A stretch of 63,337 nucleotides of DNA, the filler included, from Octopus bimaculoides (taxonomy: Eukaryota), in NCBI RefSeq assembly GCF_001194135.2. It is 5 parts of 5 records of this genome, joined end to end, with 100 filler letters (N's around TTAATTAATTAA, not from the genome) between each part and the next. Parts side by side here need not be neighbours in the genome. Positions count along the whole stretch, not along the records: positions 28,968 to 44,859 come from NC_068992.1; positions 44,960 to 54,448 come from NC_069007.1; 3 more parts are not named here. One strand, 5' to 3'. The notes under the pieces are model-generated. The model was not told where the DNA came from and made no database searches. It worked only from the letters and a program-made list of their open reading frames with translations. A program made the translations under genes and the position numbers. Of the stretch, positions 35,377-48,225 are shown piece by piece; within the stretch, counting starts at the first letter, position 1; each line of letters starts with the position of its first letter.

Positions 35377-36699
35377 TGTGTGATACTTTATTCAGGAGGG
35401 GAGGCACAACCCAGGACCTTTTGCAGGCTTTCCGTAACTAGCGGGAAGGAAAAGGAATAGTCCCCTTACACTGCGAGCTTGGCCCCAATACTTCCAACTG
35501 GACTACGTTAAAGGCATCTAAAGTACCCGTGAGTGAATAATTAAGTCTAGCACCCCAGTAGGCCACCGCGGGGTTCTAAATCAGAGCGTAAAGAGCTGGA
35601 ACTAATACCTGTCAGCTTCCAGTTCGACGTTATTTTCTTTTATCTTTTGTCACGTCTCGACATAATAAGTACCAGTCGCCTACTAGCGACTCAAGATCAT
35701 TGACCATATCCCAACCTCTCTTGTACCTGTGTTAGAATTCCATTTTACTGATAACGGAATGTGTTTTCGAAGGAGAGTATAACCATGGCCAACCGGCGAA
35801 TTAGCGGAATTCTTAGTGTATCAGAGAAAATATCGCACGGTATTTAAATCCAACTCCTTACGTACTCGGTTCAAATCCCACTGAAATCAACTTTCATTTT
35901 CATTCTTCTAACTTCAGTAAAATAAAGTGACATCCCAGAGAGGTGGCTTAGCTGAATTCTTAAAGCTTTGGACAAAATATCCTAAAACTTTCTCCTGTTT
36001 TGCTAGCAGCAAATTTGCCACTTTTTCCACCAGAATGAATAAAATATTGCACAAGATGGTTAGTGGAATTCTTAAACATCAAACACAAGCCTTTCCGTAC
36101 TCAGTGTCCTAGCAGTTGTGATCTTATCTATATTTAGCCACAAGATTTCTTGTAAAACACAGTTGAACCGAAAATGCAGAAGTACGAAAAGTCCATGTCA
36201 AGCGCATAATGATTGTCGAGGAACTCACCAGGAGATTGTTAATCGCGTCGACAAAATGGCGCATGGGAGACGTATTTTTATAGCCTGTGTTCAAATCATG
36301 GTAAGGCTACCTTTTTTGATAAAATCACTACTGACCATTTACTGAGTTCAAATTCAGCTGAGTTGATGAAATAAGTCCCTGTCACTCTCTGGCGATCGAT
36401 TAAATTGTTTACGCACCTCCCTGAAAAGATCTTCTCTTATGTCAATATCAAATCCCAAGACTGTCATTAAAACTTGAAACGGCGTTTCGTCCCAATGTGT
36501 TTTGAGTTAAAATACTACAGGGAACACCCGTATGAAGCAAGTATGAAGGATACAATAGAAACAACGGCAGATATCTAGGCAAAATCAATATATATGGTAC
36601 TAGTCGAAAGATGGTATTGTTCTCCCGTGGCATAATAGAAACTTCTCAATGTGTCTACGTATCCCGAATATCTCTGATCTAGTGTTTAAATAGAGATTA

Positions 36700-36714
36700 T
36701 AACCTACCTTCTCT

Positions 36715-36745
<31 letters not shown>

Positions 36746-36788
36746 CCACCACCACCACCACCNNNNNNNNNNATAACCTACCTTCTCT

Positions 36789-36819
<31 letters not shown>

Positions 36820-36996
36820 CCACCACCACCACTATCATCATCATCATCACCACCACCACCACCACCGTCATCATCTCTGATCTAGTGTTTAAATGGAGAT
36901 TATACTTATCTTCTCTCTCATGATGATGATGATGGTCTTCATGATCGTGATCATGATCATAATGAGGATCATCATTACCATCATCATTATCGTCAC

Positions 36997-37062
<66 letters not shown>

Positions 37063-37260
37063 TATGAACAGCAGCAGCAGCAGCAACAGCAGTAGCAACA
37101 GCAACAGCAGCATCGTTTTCCTCCTACTCCTCATCCTCACCACCACCACAAACACCACCACCACCACCACCACCATCACCACCACCACCATCATCATCAC
37201 CATTATCAACAACGTCATCCTCATTATCGTCGTCCCCTCCATTGTCACCGCCATGGGCTT
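36700..37260. repeat. Compound (CAT/CAC/CAG)n tract
   Basis: Visible triplet repeats. Confidence 0.9.
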
Positions 37261-37502
37261 GGTGTTAGATTAAATTCCTCGTAATACTTTGTGCTTCATT
37301 TCTCAATGTTTCGACCTTCCAATGTCCATCAACCACGAACCTGTGACCATGAACCGTGACCGATATAATCGATATTGTCTCGTGTCAGTGTAAGAAGTTA
37401 TCATTATTATTGTTTTTTTTATCAAAGGTTTTGTTGTAACTTCTGGAGTCTTGTATGCGTAGCGGGCTTGCTACCTGCAGCCTACGCTACGATGCTATCT
37501 GC

Positions 37503-37544
<42 letters not shown>

Positions 37545-38411
37545 TGTTGTTGTTGTTGTTGTTGTTGTTATTATTATTGTTATTATTGTTATTATGTTTA
37601 TTAAGTCGACGATTTTTGCCATGACCTGTTGAATTGGAATCTTACTTTCACACGCATTCGCGATGCACCGAAGCACCTCGTCCCCCCGCCCGCACATTCA
37701 CATTCACATACACACACACGCACACAAATACAAACATACAAGGATGTACAATTGCACGCACGCATACACGCATTTATCCAGACACACAGATAAATACAGT
37801 CATGCATGCATAATTTCACACATACATACACACACACACATGAATTTTACGTATATATACTCCAGCTAATTAGTACACGAATACCCACATAGTTAAACAC
37901 ACACACACACACTTATATAGGCAAAATACACACATATCTATGCATGCACAGATACGTGCGCACAAGCTTAAATAGAAAACAGAAACACAATCACACACAC
38001 ACATACATACACGCCTATATATGCACAGGTACGTATAGACATGCATAACTAGAAAGCATCCACACAGACACTCATGCAGCCATGTTTACTCGACATCTGA
38101 CGGTAGTCCAAAATCTAACTTCTAGAGATCAAATGTTTACACCGCACATTAACTCATTACCTCCATTAAACCGACGTTACCTGAACAGGTGCACGGTGTG
38201 CCATACGTGAGATGACGAAGTGATCGCGGAGAATCGTGAGGTCAAGTGCTTTGCTCAAGAATATAGCTTGGTCAAAGAATCGAACCAACGATCTTGCGAT
38301 CGTAAGTACAATACCATATCCATTAGGCCATGCGCCCTCCAATATACGACATGTACATATATGTATACAAGCATATGGTGATTTTAGAAAGCTTTTAGAA
38401 GCGTACATATA

Positions 38412-38889
38412 TTCTTTTATTCTTTTATTCTTTTACTTGTTTCAGTCATTTGACTGCGGCCATGCTGGAGCACCACCTTTAGTCGAACAAATCGACCCCA
38501 GGACTTATTCTTTGTAAAGCCTAGTACTTATTCTATCCGTCACTGATGCCGAACCGCTAAGTTGCAGGGACGTAAACACAACAACATCGGTTGTCAAGTG
38601 ATGGTGAGTGGACTAACACAGACACACAAATATATAGATATATATATATACATATATATATAATACAAACACACACACATACACACATACATATATATAC
38701 GACGGGTTTTTTTCAGTTTCCGTATACCAAATCCACTCACAAGGCTTTGGTCGGTCCGAGGTTATAGTAGAAGACACTTGCCCAATGTGCCACGCAGTGG
38801 GACTGAACCCGGAACCATGTGGTTGGGAAGCAAGCTTCTTACCACACAGCCACGCCCGCGCCAATATATATATACATATGTGTGTGTGT

Positions 38890-38972
<83 letters not shown>

Positions 38973-39150
38973 TTCAGTCATTTTTCCTCAGCCATACTGG
39001 AGCACCGCCTTTAGTCGAACAAATCGACCCCAGGACTTATTCTTTATGCTTATTCTATCGATCCATTTTGCCGAACAGCTAGCTTACGGGACATAAACAC
39101 ACCAACATCGGTTGTCAAGCGATAGTGGAGGGGACAAACACAGACACACA
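38412..39150 (-). mobile_element. SINE family A: full copy at 38412-38862 plus a 3' half at 38968-39150
   Basis: Reverse complement of 56771-57183; CpGs largely retained. Confidence 0.85.
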
Positions 39151-39973
39151 AGTACATTCCTATATATGGATGCGCTAGCATCGAAGTCGAAGGTTTTCTA
39201 ACTAACAAGGATAATAATTGAGTATCACCTGAAGAAATGCAACTGGATCCCATTATACAATTAAACTGCTGCATAATCAAATACCTGTGTATATGAAGAA
39301 CCACGTTGTATGGAAACATGTGTAGTGATTAAGAAATAACTATCTCACTGTTGTTCTTCTTGTTGACTCTCTTATTTAATTATATATACATATATNNNNN
39401 NNNNNNNNNNNNNNNNNNNNNNNNNNNNNNNNNNNNNNNNNNNNNNNNNNNNNNNNNNNNNNNNNNNNNNNNNNNNNNNNNNNNNNNNNNNNNNNATATA
39501 TGTAGTATATATATATATGTGTGTGTGAGTGTGTTTGTTCGTTAGTGTGTTGTTTCCTTTTTCTCTATTGTTCCTAAATTCTTCTTTTCTGTCCCCACTT
39601 CTTTCTTTTTGTCTCTCTAACACTTTTCCTCTATTTTTTTTCTTTTCCATTATGTTGCTTTGTTTTGCCTGCGTTACCTCACGTCCGTGCTATCTTATTT
39701 TCATCACATCATCACATCATCACATCACCACATAGCGATGTTCAACGGAGAGGAACGAACACGAGAGAGGCGGAGAGCGAGAGGGAGAGAGAGAGGAGAA
39801 AAGAAGAGAGGGGTGAGAGGGAGAGAAAACAAGAATGTTAGGCCATGTTTTGTCTGTGCAAGTCTCTTCATACGCCACAAGGATACCATATGTCTTGTGT
39901 GTACATGTTCAGTTTGTCATACTCCCATATATTGTCTGTTTATGCACATGTATGTATATAGATACGTATATGC

Positions 39974-40006
<33 letters not shown>

Positions 40007-40392
40007 AATGTGCATACACACACACACACATATGTATATTCATATATNNNNNNNNNNNNNNNNNNNNNNNNNNNNNNNNNNNNNNNNNNNNNNNNNNNNN
40101 NNNNNNNNNNNNNNNNNNNNNNNNNNNNNNNNNNNNNNNNNNNNNNNNNNNNNNNNNNNNNNNNNNNNNNNNNNNNNNNNNNNNNNNNNNNNNNNNNNNN
40201 NNNNNNNNNNNNNNNNNNNNNNNNNNNNNNNNNNNNNNNNNNNNNNNNNNNNNNNNNNNNNNNNNNNNNNNNNNNNNNNNNNNNNNNNNNNNNNNNNNNN
40301 NNNNNNNNNNNNNNNNNNNNNNNNNNNNNNNNNNNNNNNNNNNNNNNNNNNNNNNNNNNNNNNNNNNNNNNNNNNNNNNNNNNNNNNNNNNN

Positions 40393-40439
<47 letters not shown>

Positions 40440-42544
40440 TACATGTATATACCCACGTATGCATTCATATATACTTATTCATATAGTCTTACACACTCAT
40501 ACACACGCACACACTGTGTCATACATACATACATACATACATACATACATAAATACACATGTATATATGTGGCTTATCCTTGGTCGTTTTTCATCCATAA
40601 TATATGTCTTATCTCTGATTAATTCCTACAAATGCTTGTGTATATAATTTGTCATGGGTATATAACTGTGTATATAATTCGTCACGGGTATCTCCAACTA
40701 TTTTCCAAAATCATCTCCCCGTATAAATACATAACAAGTCACGTTAAACATCTTTAACTTTCTTTTGTTATCCATTTCTCTCCTCCCTCGGGTATTAAAA
40801 GGGTATTTCTTGCATTTATTTATTTTCTAATTATCTCCTTTTTCATAATTATTTCACGTCTCTGCTTGTTTGCCTTGCATTTTTTTTCTCTACTTTTCCG
40901 CATCACTCTTGGTTTCGTTGTTATATTTGTGGTCATGTATATATATGTATTTGCGTGTATTATTATTTATCTACGCACACGTGTGCACATGTGTGTTTGT
41001 GTGCTTGTTTATGTGTTTGTGTGTATTAGTTTGTTTGTGTGTTTTATTTTGTTTAGTTTATTTATTTTATTCTTTAAAATTTGTTATTAGAAGCCATTTT
41101 GTTCCAAACGTTTATCAGTTTTATTGGTGCATTCACCGATAATAACAGCTTATAAAAAAACATATATAGGGAAGCATTCATTTTCTTTTCTATTGGTTTC
41201 AGCCAGAACCTGTGGCCATGCTGGGGCACCACCCTTACTTTTGCAAATTATTTTTCATATATTTGTAAAAAAAAAAGAATCAAAACAAAACAGATGTGAA
41301 AGAGCACTATGAACGCAATAAAAACATAGTACACTGATTCAGGTAAATATCCACAGCATGGTGCTTCGTTCTGCTAAAAATAATAGCTGAATTACCCTAC
41401 CTTTTAAAAATTAGATAAGGTGTGATTAGATTCACTTTGTCTGAACAAAACAGAAAAAACCCTAAATAAATGAATAAGTAGGGATGGACACAGTTGGAAT
41501 ATATATGATCGTGCGTTTGTTTGATCTTGGCTAAACTTGTCCTAAACAACAATAACAGCAACAACAACCACCAATGGATCCTGATGATCGCAACTAGATA
41601 TTTGACCGTCTACCTACGTCTATAGTATACACGTTAAGGGCTGACCTGGGTTAAGCAATAAAGGTAATCGTATCCGATTTTCTTTTTCTTAAGGAAGAAG
41701 GCAGTGCCCATGACCCTTTACATGGCTGCCAAGATTGGTAAGAAGGAAGGAGAAATGGAAGAATATATCTTCAAACCAGAGACTTGGCATGAGTACTTAC
41801 AACAAAACGGGATCCGCTAAAGCTACACAAATATACTAATTCGATTAACAGATTAAGTCTGCGACTCAGTATTACATCTACCAAGAAATACAGCTTCGTT
41901 CCCCATAATTTCATTCGTCAGTGTTGCAGGACACTAAGATTCTATTATACACCCGACAGGGATTCATATAAGGAAATAGGTTGCCTTACCGTCTTCAAAA
42001 AATTAAAATAACAAATGTTTTTCTAGTTGCTATTTATTCTGAGAAGAGACTACAACATCAATCCAGCACAACATCTAATTGGTCATAAAGAGATTTACTG
42101 TCTCGTTCTGAATATTTAACCAAATTGGTTTCTTAGTCTTCCATTTGGATTACACCCCTGACTCAGATTATCTGGTCGATTAGTTCAATACACTTTCCAA
42201 TCAGTTTAGCTTCTTAATTGACCTTCAATAACTTCTGCTGATCAGAGTTTTGCAACTTAGTGAATGTGAAACTCAGCTATATTGTACTTATATTATATTT
42301 AGAACAGGCTGACCCAGAGTATGTTCTTTCGGCCATTTATGACCAGCGTCACTAAATCTTCTCAGTTCCATCAGACTCACCTCTCTCACTCACCTTTCCT
42401 AAATCACACCGGAAGACAGTGCCTCCTTCTTCGCCTTCACTTTGCCCCTCAAGTGATTCTTGAAGAAATTGTTCAAGCCTTGGCTAGAGAGAAAAATCCC
42501 TAAAAGTTAAACCTTATAATCAACATCCATCACCACAGCGATGA

Positions 42545-43140
42545 GGGAAGATCATTGTGATTATTGTGTTGTGGATTACAGACATTTGCCCGTTTCTGAC
42601 TATATTACAGACAACAAGCTCCAGCCTCTTAGCGAACACCTTCGCGAAAATCTTCGACTCTGTATTCAGCAGAGCCAGAAGTCGTCTATTGCAATTCTTA
42701 TTTGTTCGGACCCTTCTTCAACAACATCCCCGCACCTCAAGACTGCCCCTGATGTAATAACAGTTGCAAGGGACTGCTAAGATAATAGCCAATATATCTG
42801 GCATATAGCGATATAGCTCCTAAAGCAAACCATATGAGTTTGGCAATTTTGTCCCTCAAACAGCGATTCAACAAGCCCACAACTTCGACCTCTGAAATCG
42901 GCTTCTCGCACCTCTCTGCGTCTCTGGTTGTTAGCTGTAGCACACTGCAAAGGTAGGCATCGAAATACATTGTTTCCAGTCCGTCGCTCCACGACAAAAG
43001 TTTAGTAGTAGGCTGCGAGAAAACTACACACACTCCGTGTCGGAAAGCATGTCCCCACTGCGGTCCCTTGGGTAGTGGACTGTTGCTTTGTTGTCAATCT
43101 GCACCTCCACCACCACCTTGCTTGGTAGATGCTATCTTAC
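42545..43140 (-). mobile_element. Degenerate L1/Tx1-clade reverse transcriptase fragment
   Basis: DAERCEKPISEVEV..ELYRYMPD..LLNTESKIFAKVFAKRLELVV, with frameshifts. Confidence 0.75.
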
Positions 43141-43384
43141 GTGGCAAAAATTAATCTTTAATGGTAAACTTAATCCCAGGTAGTATATCTTTAGAGCTTC
43201 ATAGAATACTGGAGGGTCCATCTAATCTCGAGTGGAACATCTAGCATTGAGTGCTACATTTACTCGTGAGAAGTATATCTAATCTTGGCAGGAGGTAAAT
43301 CTGACCGTGACTGTTAGAGTGCAACATTAGCACGTGACCATTTTTGCTCTTTCTTAGCAAGATCAGCAACACTAGAACCAGGTC

Positions 43385-44330
43385 AAGGCGGTAGCTGGCA
43401 GAATCATTAGCACGTCGGGCAAAATGTTTAGCGGTATTTCGTCTGTCTTTATATTCTGAGTTCAAATTCTACCGAGGTCCACTTTGGCTTTCATCATTTC
43501 AGCGTCAATAAATTAACAACCAGTAAAACACTGAGATCCCACAAAATTTCAGGTCTTGTGCCTATAGTAGAAAGGATTATTATTATTATTATGAAGGCGG
43601 CAGAGCCGATAGCACTCCGGGCAAAATGCTTAGCGGGATTTCGTCCGTCTTTACGTTTCTGAGTTCAAATTCCGCTGAGGTTCACTTTGCATTTCATCAT
43701 TTCAAAGATCGATAAAATAAGCACCAGTTGAGCAGTGGAATCAATGTTATCGACTTAGCCCTTCCCCCACAAACCTGCTGGCCTTGTGCCAAAATTTGAA
43801 ACTAATATTACGTTGAAGGCGGAGGCCACAAGCTGGCAGTATCGTTAGCGTGCTCGCCGAGTCTTTAGGCTCTGAGTTAAAAAGCTGCTGAGGCCGACAT
43901 TGCCCTTCTTCCTTTCGGAGCCGATAAAAATAAGTACCAGTTAACTACTGGCGGTTGACTTATCCCTTCCCCTGAAATTGCTGGCCTTGTGCCAAAATTT
44001 GAAACCAATACCTTGAGGTGGATCAATCCATCTGTAGTGATCCCTTTGCTCCTGCTCTTTCCCATATCCAACCCCTGACCGATAAACGTCACAACTGTTG
44101 ACTTATCCCTTCTGAATAAATCTTACCATAAAAATGAAGTTTGATGGCGGCAAACTGGTAGAATTGTTAGCACGTCGGACAAAATGCTTTGTTATGTTTG
44201 GTCCGGATCTTTACGTTCTAATTTCCAGTCACACCCAGTTCAACTTTGTCTTTCATTCCACCGGGGTCGATAAAATAAAGTACCACTCGACTAACTCCAT
44301 CTTCAAAATTATTAGCCTCGTGAAAGAATC
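43385..44330 (+). mobile_element. Four SINE family B copies in the same orientation
   Basis: Heads near 43390, 43597, 43820 and 44147; tails ...gtgcctatagtagaaaggatt and ...gtgccaaaatttgaaac. Confidence 0.85.
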
Positions 44331-44859
44331 TGAAACGTTATTTTTACCCTCAACATCATCATCAACGTCATTATCATCATCATGACCCATTACCATCATC
44401 ATCATCATTTTCATATTTTCTTGAATCTTATAAAGGAAGTTTAAAAAATAAATAATTCCTCTTTGATGTTGTTGCTGTTATGGTTGTAGTTGTTGCTGTG
44501 GTTGTTTTGATTGTTATAGCATTGAGACCGACTCCCGAAGGGGATGAATATATCCGAAACAAAACAAAAGATGTCATCAGGGGAAGAGGTTAAGCTATTG
44601 AGAAAAACCCGCAAACAATAATGGCGAAGGTGAGCGTTTCAACATGTATATATGTGTGCGTGTGTGTAATTCTGTGTGACTGTTTAAGTATGTGTGTATA
44701 CGGATGTATGTGTGTAAATGTATATGTGTGTGTCTGTGTGTACGTAAGTAAACATATATAATATATGCATATATATTGGTTCCACGGTGATCGCTTATAA
44801 GCTTTAAGCTTATAAAATACTATTATATATATTGTGTGTGCGCGTAAATGTATATATAT

Positions 44860-44959
44860 NNNNNNNNNNNNNNNNNNNNNNNNNNNNNNNNNNNNNNNNN
44901 NNNTTAATTAATTAANNNNNNNNNNNNNNNNNNNNNNNNNNNNNNNNNNNNNNNNNNNN
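44860..44959. other. Artificial assembly spacer
   Basis: 44N-TTAATTAATTAA-44N. Confidence 0.95.
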
Positions 44960-45002
<43 letters not shown>

Positions 45003-46124
45003 AATATGTATGTATGTACGTATGTGTGTGTGTATAAATTTCTCTCTTCCACTCTTTCTCCTTTCCCCCATTCTGTCTCCCTCTCCCTCTCGCTATAACA
45101 TATATGTGTGTGTGTATGTGTATGTGTGTGTGTGTGTATGTGTGTGTGTGCGCGCGCGTGTGTGTGCGTGCTTCTGTATAAGGTACTATTAAAATTAATT
45201 ATCTGTCTACCTGGAAACTTTACTTGTAACGATGTTTTACTCTACCTACCAATTATATATGCCAATTAAAACTTACTCTCTCAGCTCGATCGTAATCACA
45301 CAAATACACACACTCACACACACACACACATGTACACACACGCACACACACATGTACGCTGTACAGCTAGGTCATTCGGTTGCTTCCGTGATAGACACGA
45401 AGGAGCCATGAGCCAGTAAGAACGTGTCTATTTGTTCGATTAACCTGATGGAAATAGTAGTTAAATATCCCTGAAATAGGCACGGACATAGCCGTGGGGT
45501 TAAGAAGCGCACTTTTCAATCACATGGTTTCGGGTTCCGTCCCTCTTTGCTGCACTTTTGGGCAACTGTCCTTTACAATAGCCCCGGGCCAACCAATGCC
45601 TTGTGAGTGAAATTGGTAAATAGAGAGGGAGAGAGAGAGAGGTTTTGTTCTTTATCACCGCTTCGAAATCAGTGTTACAAGTACAGAGTGTGTGTTTCTG
45701 TGTGTTTCTGTGTGTGTGTGCGGGTATTTTTTAGTGTGCGTGTGTTGATGTGCGTGTGTTTGTGTGTGTGCGTGAGGTTTTGTTCTTCATCACCGCTTCG
45801 AAATCAGTGTTGATTTGTGCATGCTCTCCGTTACTTAGCGGTTCAGCAAAATATACTGTTACAACAAGTACAAGACTTTAATAAGCATTAAGATGATATG
45901 GTCCTCGGTACACATAAATCGACTGTATGGGCACAGATGGCATGTTCTTTATCATACGTCCATTGGTGCCAGGATAACCCATCATTAGCTAATGAGGTCG
46001 TACCTCGATCTGGTTCTTTGACCGACGTTGCAGTATTTCTTCCGACTTTTCAGAGTTCAGAGTTCCCCAAAGTTGATTTGCCCTTTTCCCTAAAATGCAG
46101 GCCTTGTACCAAAATTTGAAACCC

Positions 46125-46373
46125 TTCATCTTCTTCTTTCTCTTCTTTTCTTCTTACCCATATTTCTCTTCTTCTTCTTCTTCTTCTTCCTCTCTTCTTC
46201 GTCTTCTTTTTACTTCTACTTCCTTTCTTTCTTCTTTACTTTTTACTTCTGCTTCTTCTTCTTCGTCGTCGTCTTCGTCGTCTGCTTCTCCTTCTTCCTT
46301 TCTTCTTCTTCGTCTTCGATTTACTTCTTTCTTTCTTTCTCCTTTTTACTTCTTTTTACTTTTTTCTCCTTTA

Positions 46374-46406
<33 letters not shown>

Positions 46407-46690
46407 ACTTCTTCTCCTCCTTCTTCTTCTCCTCCTTCTTCTTCTCCTTCTTCTTCTTCTGCTTCTGCTTCTTCTTCCTCTTCTTCGTCTTCTTCTTATT
46501 ATTATTCTTCTTCTTCTTCTTCCTCTTCTTCTTCTTCGTCTTATTATTCTTCTTCTGCTTCTTCTTCTTCTTCTTCTTCGTCTTCTTCTTATTATTATTA
46601 TTCTGCTTCTTCTTCTTCTTCTGCTTCTTCTTCCTCCCCCTTCTCCTCTTCTCCTTCTCCTCCTCCTCATCATCATTATCATTTCTGTTA
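46125..46690. repeat. Long imperfect (CTT)n tract
   Basis: About 560 bp of CTT/CCT/CGT/TAT triplets. Confidence 0.92.
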
Positions 46691-47254
46691 TTCTTTTTTT
46701 TATTCCTATTGTTGTCGGTTTTGGCTATGGGAAGAACATTTATCTCTCTTCCTTACCGAAATTCCACGAAGACTTTCAGTCTCAATCATAAAAGGTTATT
46801 ACCGATCTGTGGGTTCCCAAACTCTTCTTTCTTTCCCTCACCTCCAATGTCTGCTTGCTCTCGTTCCCTTCATCTTGGCCTCCATTATTCACTCTAACAC
46901 CCGTATAACAAAAGAAAAAAGGTACGTGACAAGAATTGAAATTCATTTGCACTTTATCAGCCATTTGCAAGAGAACGTCTCGCCTAGTTCTTCTGTCTAT
47001 ACTAATGCTATGCTGATTATTGTTGTTGTTGCTGTTATTGTTGCTGTGTCTGTTGTAGTGTTTGATGATGATGATGATGATGATCATCATCATCATCGTG
47101 GTGGTGGTGGTAGTGGTGATAATAATGATGATGATGACGATGACGATGATGATGATGATGATGATGATGATGCCGACGACAACGACGACGATGATGATGA
47201 CGANNNNNNNNNNGCCGACGACAACGACGACGATGATGATGACGATGGTGGTGG

Positions 47255-47295
<41 letters not shown>

Positions 47296-47656
47296 GCGAT
47301 GCTGTTGTTGTTGTTGTTTTTATCGGATTCAACCAGACGAATCATTCGCAACAATTAAGACTTCGGTCACGCATCAATAGTCATTGATTTGGAATGAGTT
47401 ATCGATTTTTCATCGATCGCTTTTTTTTCCCACACGATTATATACACGCGCACGTCCACATCCACCCACATACACATACATATTCACACACACACACAAA
47501 CACACACACACCCCATACACGCTGATATACTGTATTCTTGTTTATTCATTCTTACACACACCTATATACACAAGCCTATGTACACGCATAATTCAAACAG
47601 GGTGGGACAAAAGACACGCACCAATACAGTTGACATTTGATTTATGTTATGTTACT

Positions 47657-48225
47657 GTTATTGAGTGAGACAGAAGTGCATGCCATCACAAATATACCCA
47701 TCATGACTACCCGTCTGATAAGGGTACACCAGGCACATGTATCACAACCATATTTGCACGACATGTTGATCTTATATCAAGATAAACAGAGCATGACCTT
47801 TCAGACAGGGCCCAGTTTGAATTTTCTTCAGGTTGATTAGCCCATCCCGCACAAAAGGTCCCTGAATAAGCATTGTTTAACCCTTTTGTTACCATATTTC
47901 TGTTGAGATATTCTGTCATTACTTCAATTAATTTTTAAAATAATGAAGAATTTAGTAAAGTCATTTTGTCATTATTAATTGGTGTTTAGATCATAAATTA
48001 ACACTAAGTTCTAATGGAAGATTTTAATTCAAGGCTCTTGAAAACAAGATACTTGTACCACAGAGCCAGGGGCGGTCTCAGGCGGGTTGGTTACAAAAGG
48101 ATTAAGGATAATGAATGAAATACTCATGTTTCCAGAGGTGAATCATCCAAACTCCAAAGAATTCTTTTCAACACACAGCTACTTCTGCTCGTGATCAGGG
48201 ATGCACTGATCGTCAGCCACTAAGG
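47657..48225 (-). mobile_element. Partial copy of the 770-bp element, interrupted by a MITE
   Basis: Aligns with 34463-34850 once 47881-48105 is removed. Confidence 0.85.
47881..48101. mobile_element. piggyBac-type MITE with TTAA target-site duplication
   Basis: TTAA|CCCTTTTGTTACCA ... TGGTTACAAAAGGA|TTAA. The empty site is visible near 34705. Confidence 0.9.

Noticed and set aside
46095-47387. 430-aa poly-Ser/Asp ORF and the antisense poly-Arg ORF
   Set aside because: Translation of (CTT)n and (GAT)n microsatellites, which lack stops by construction; no domain-like sequence.
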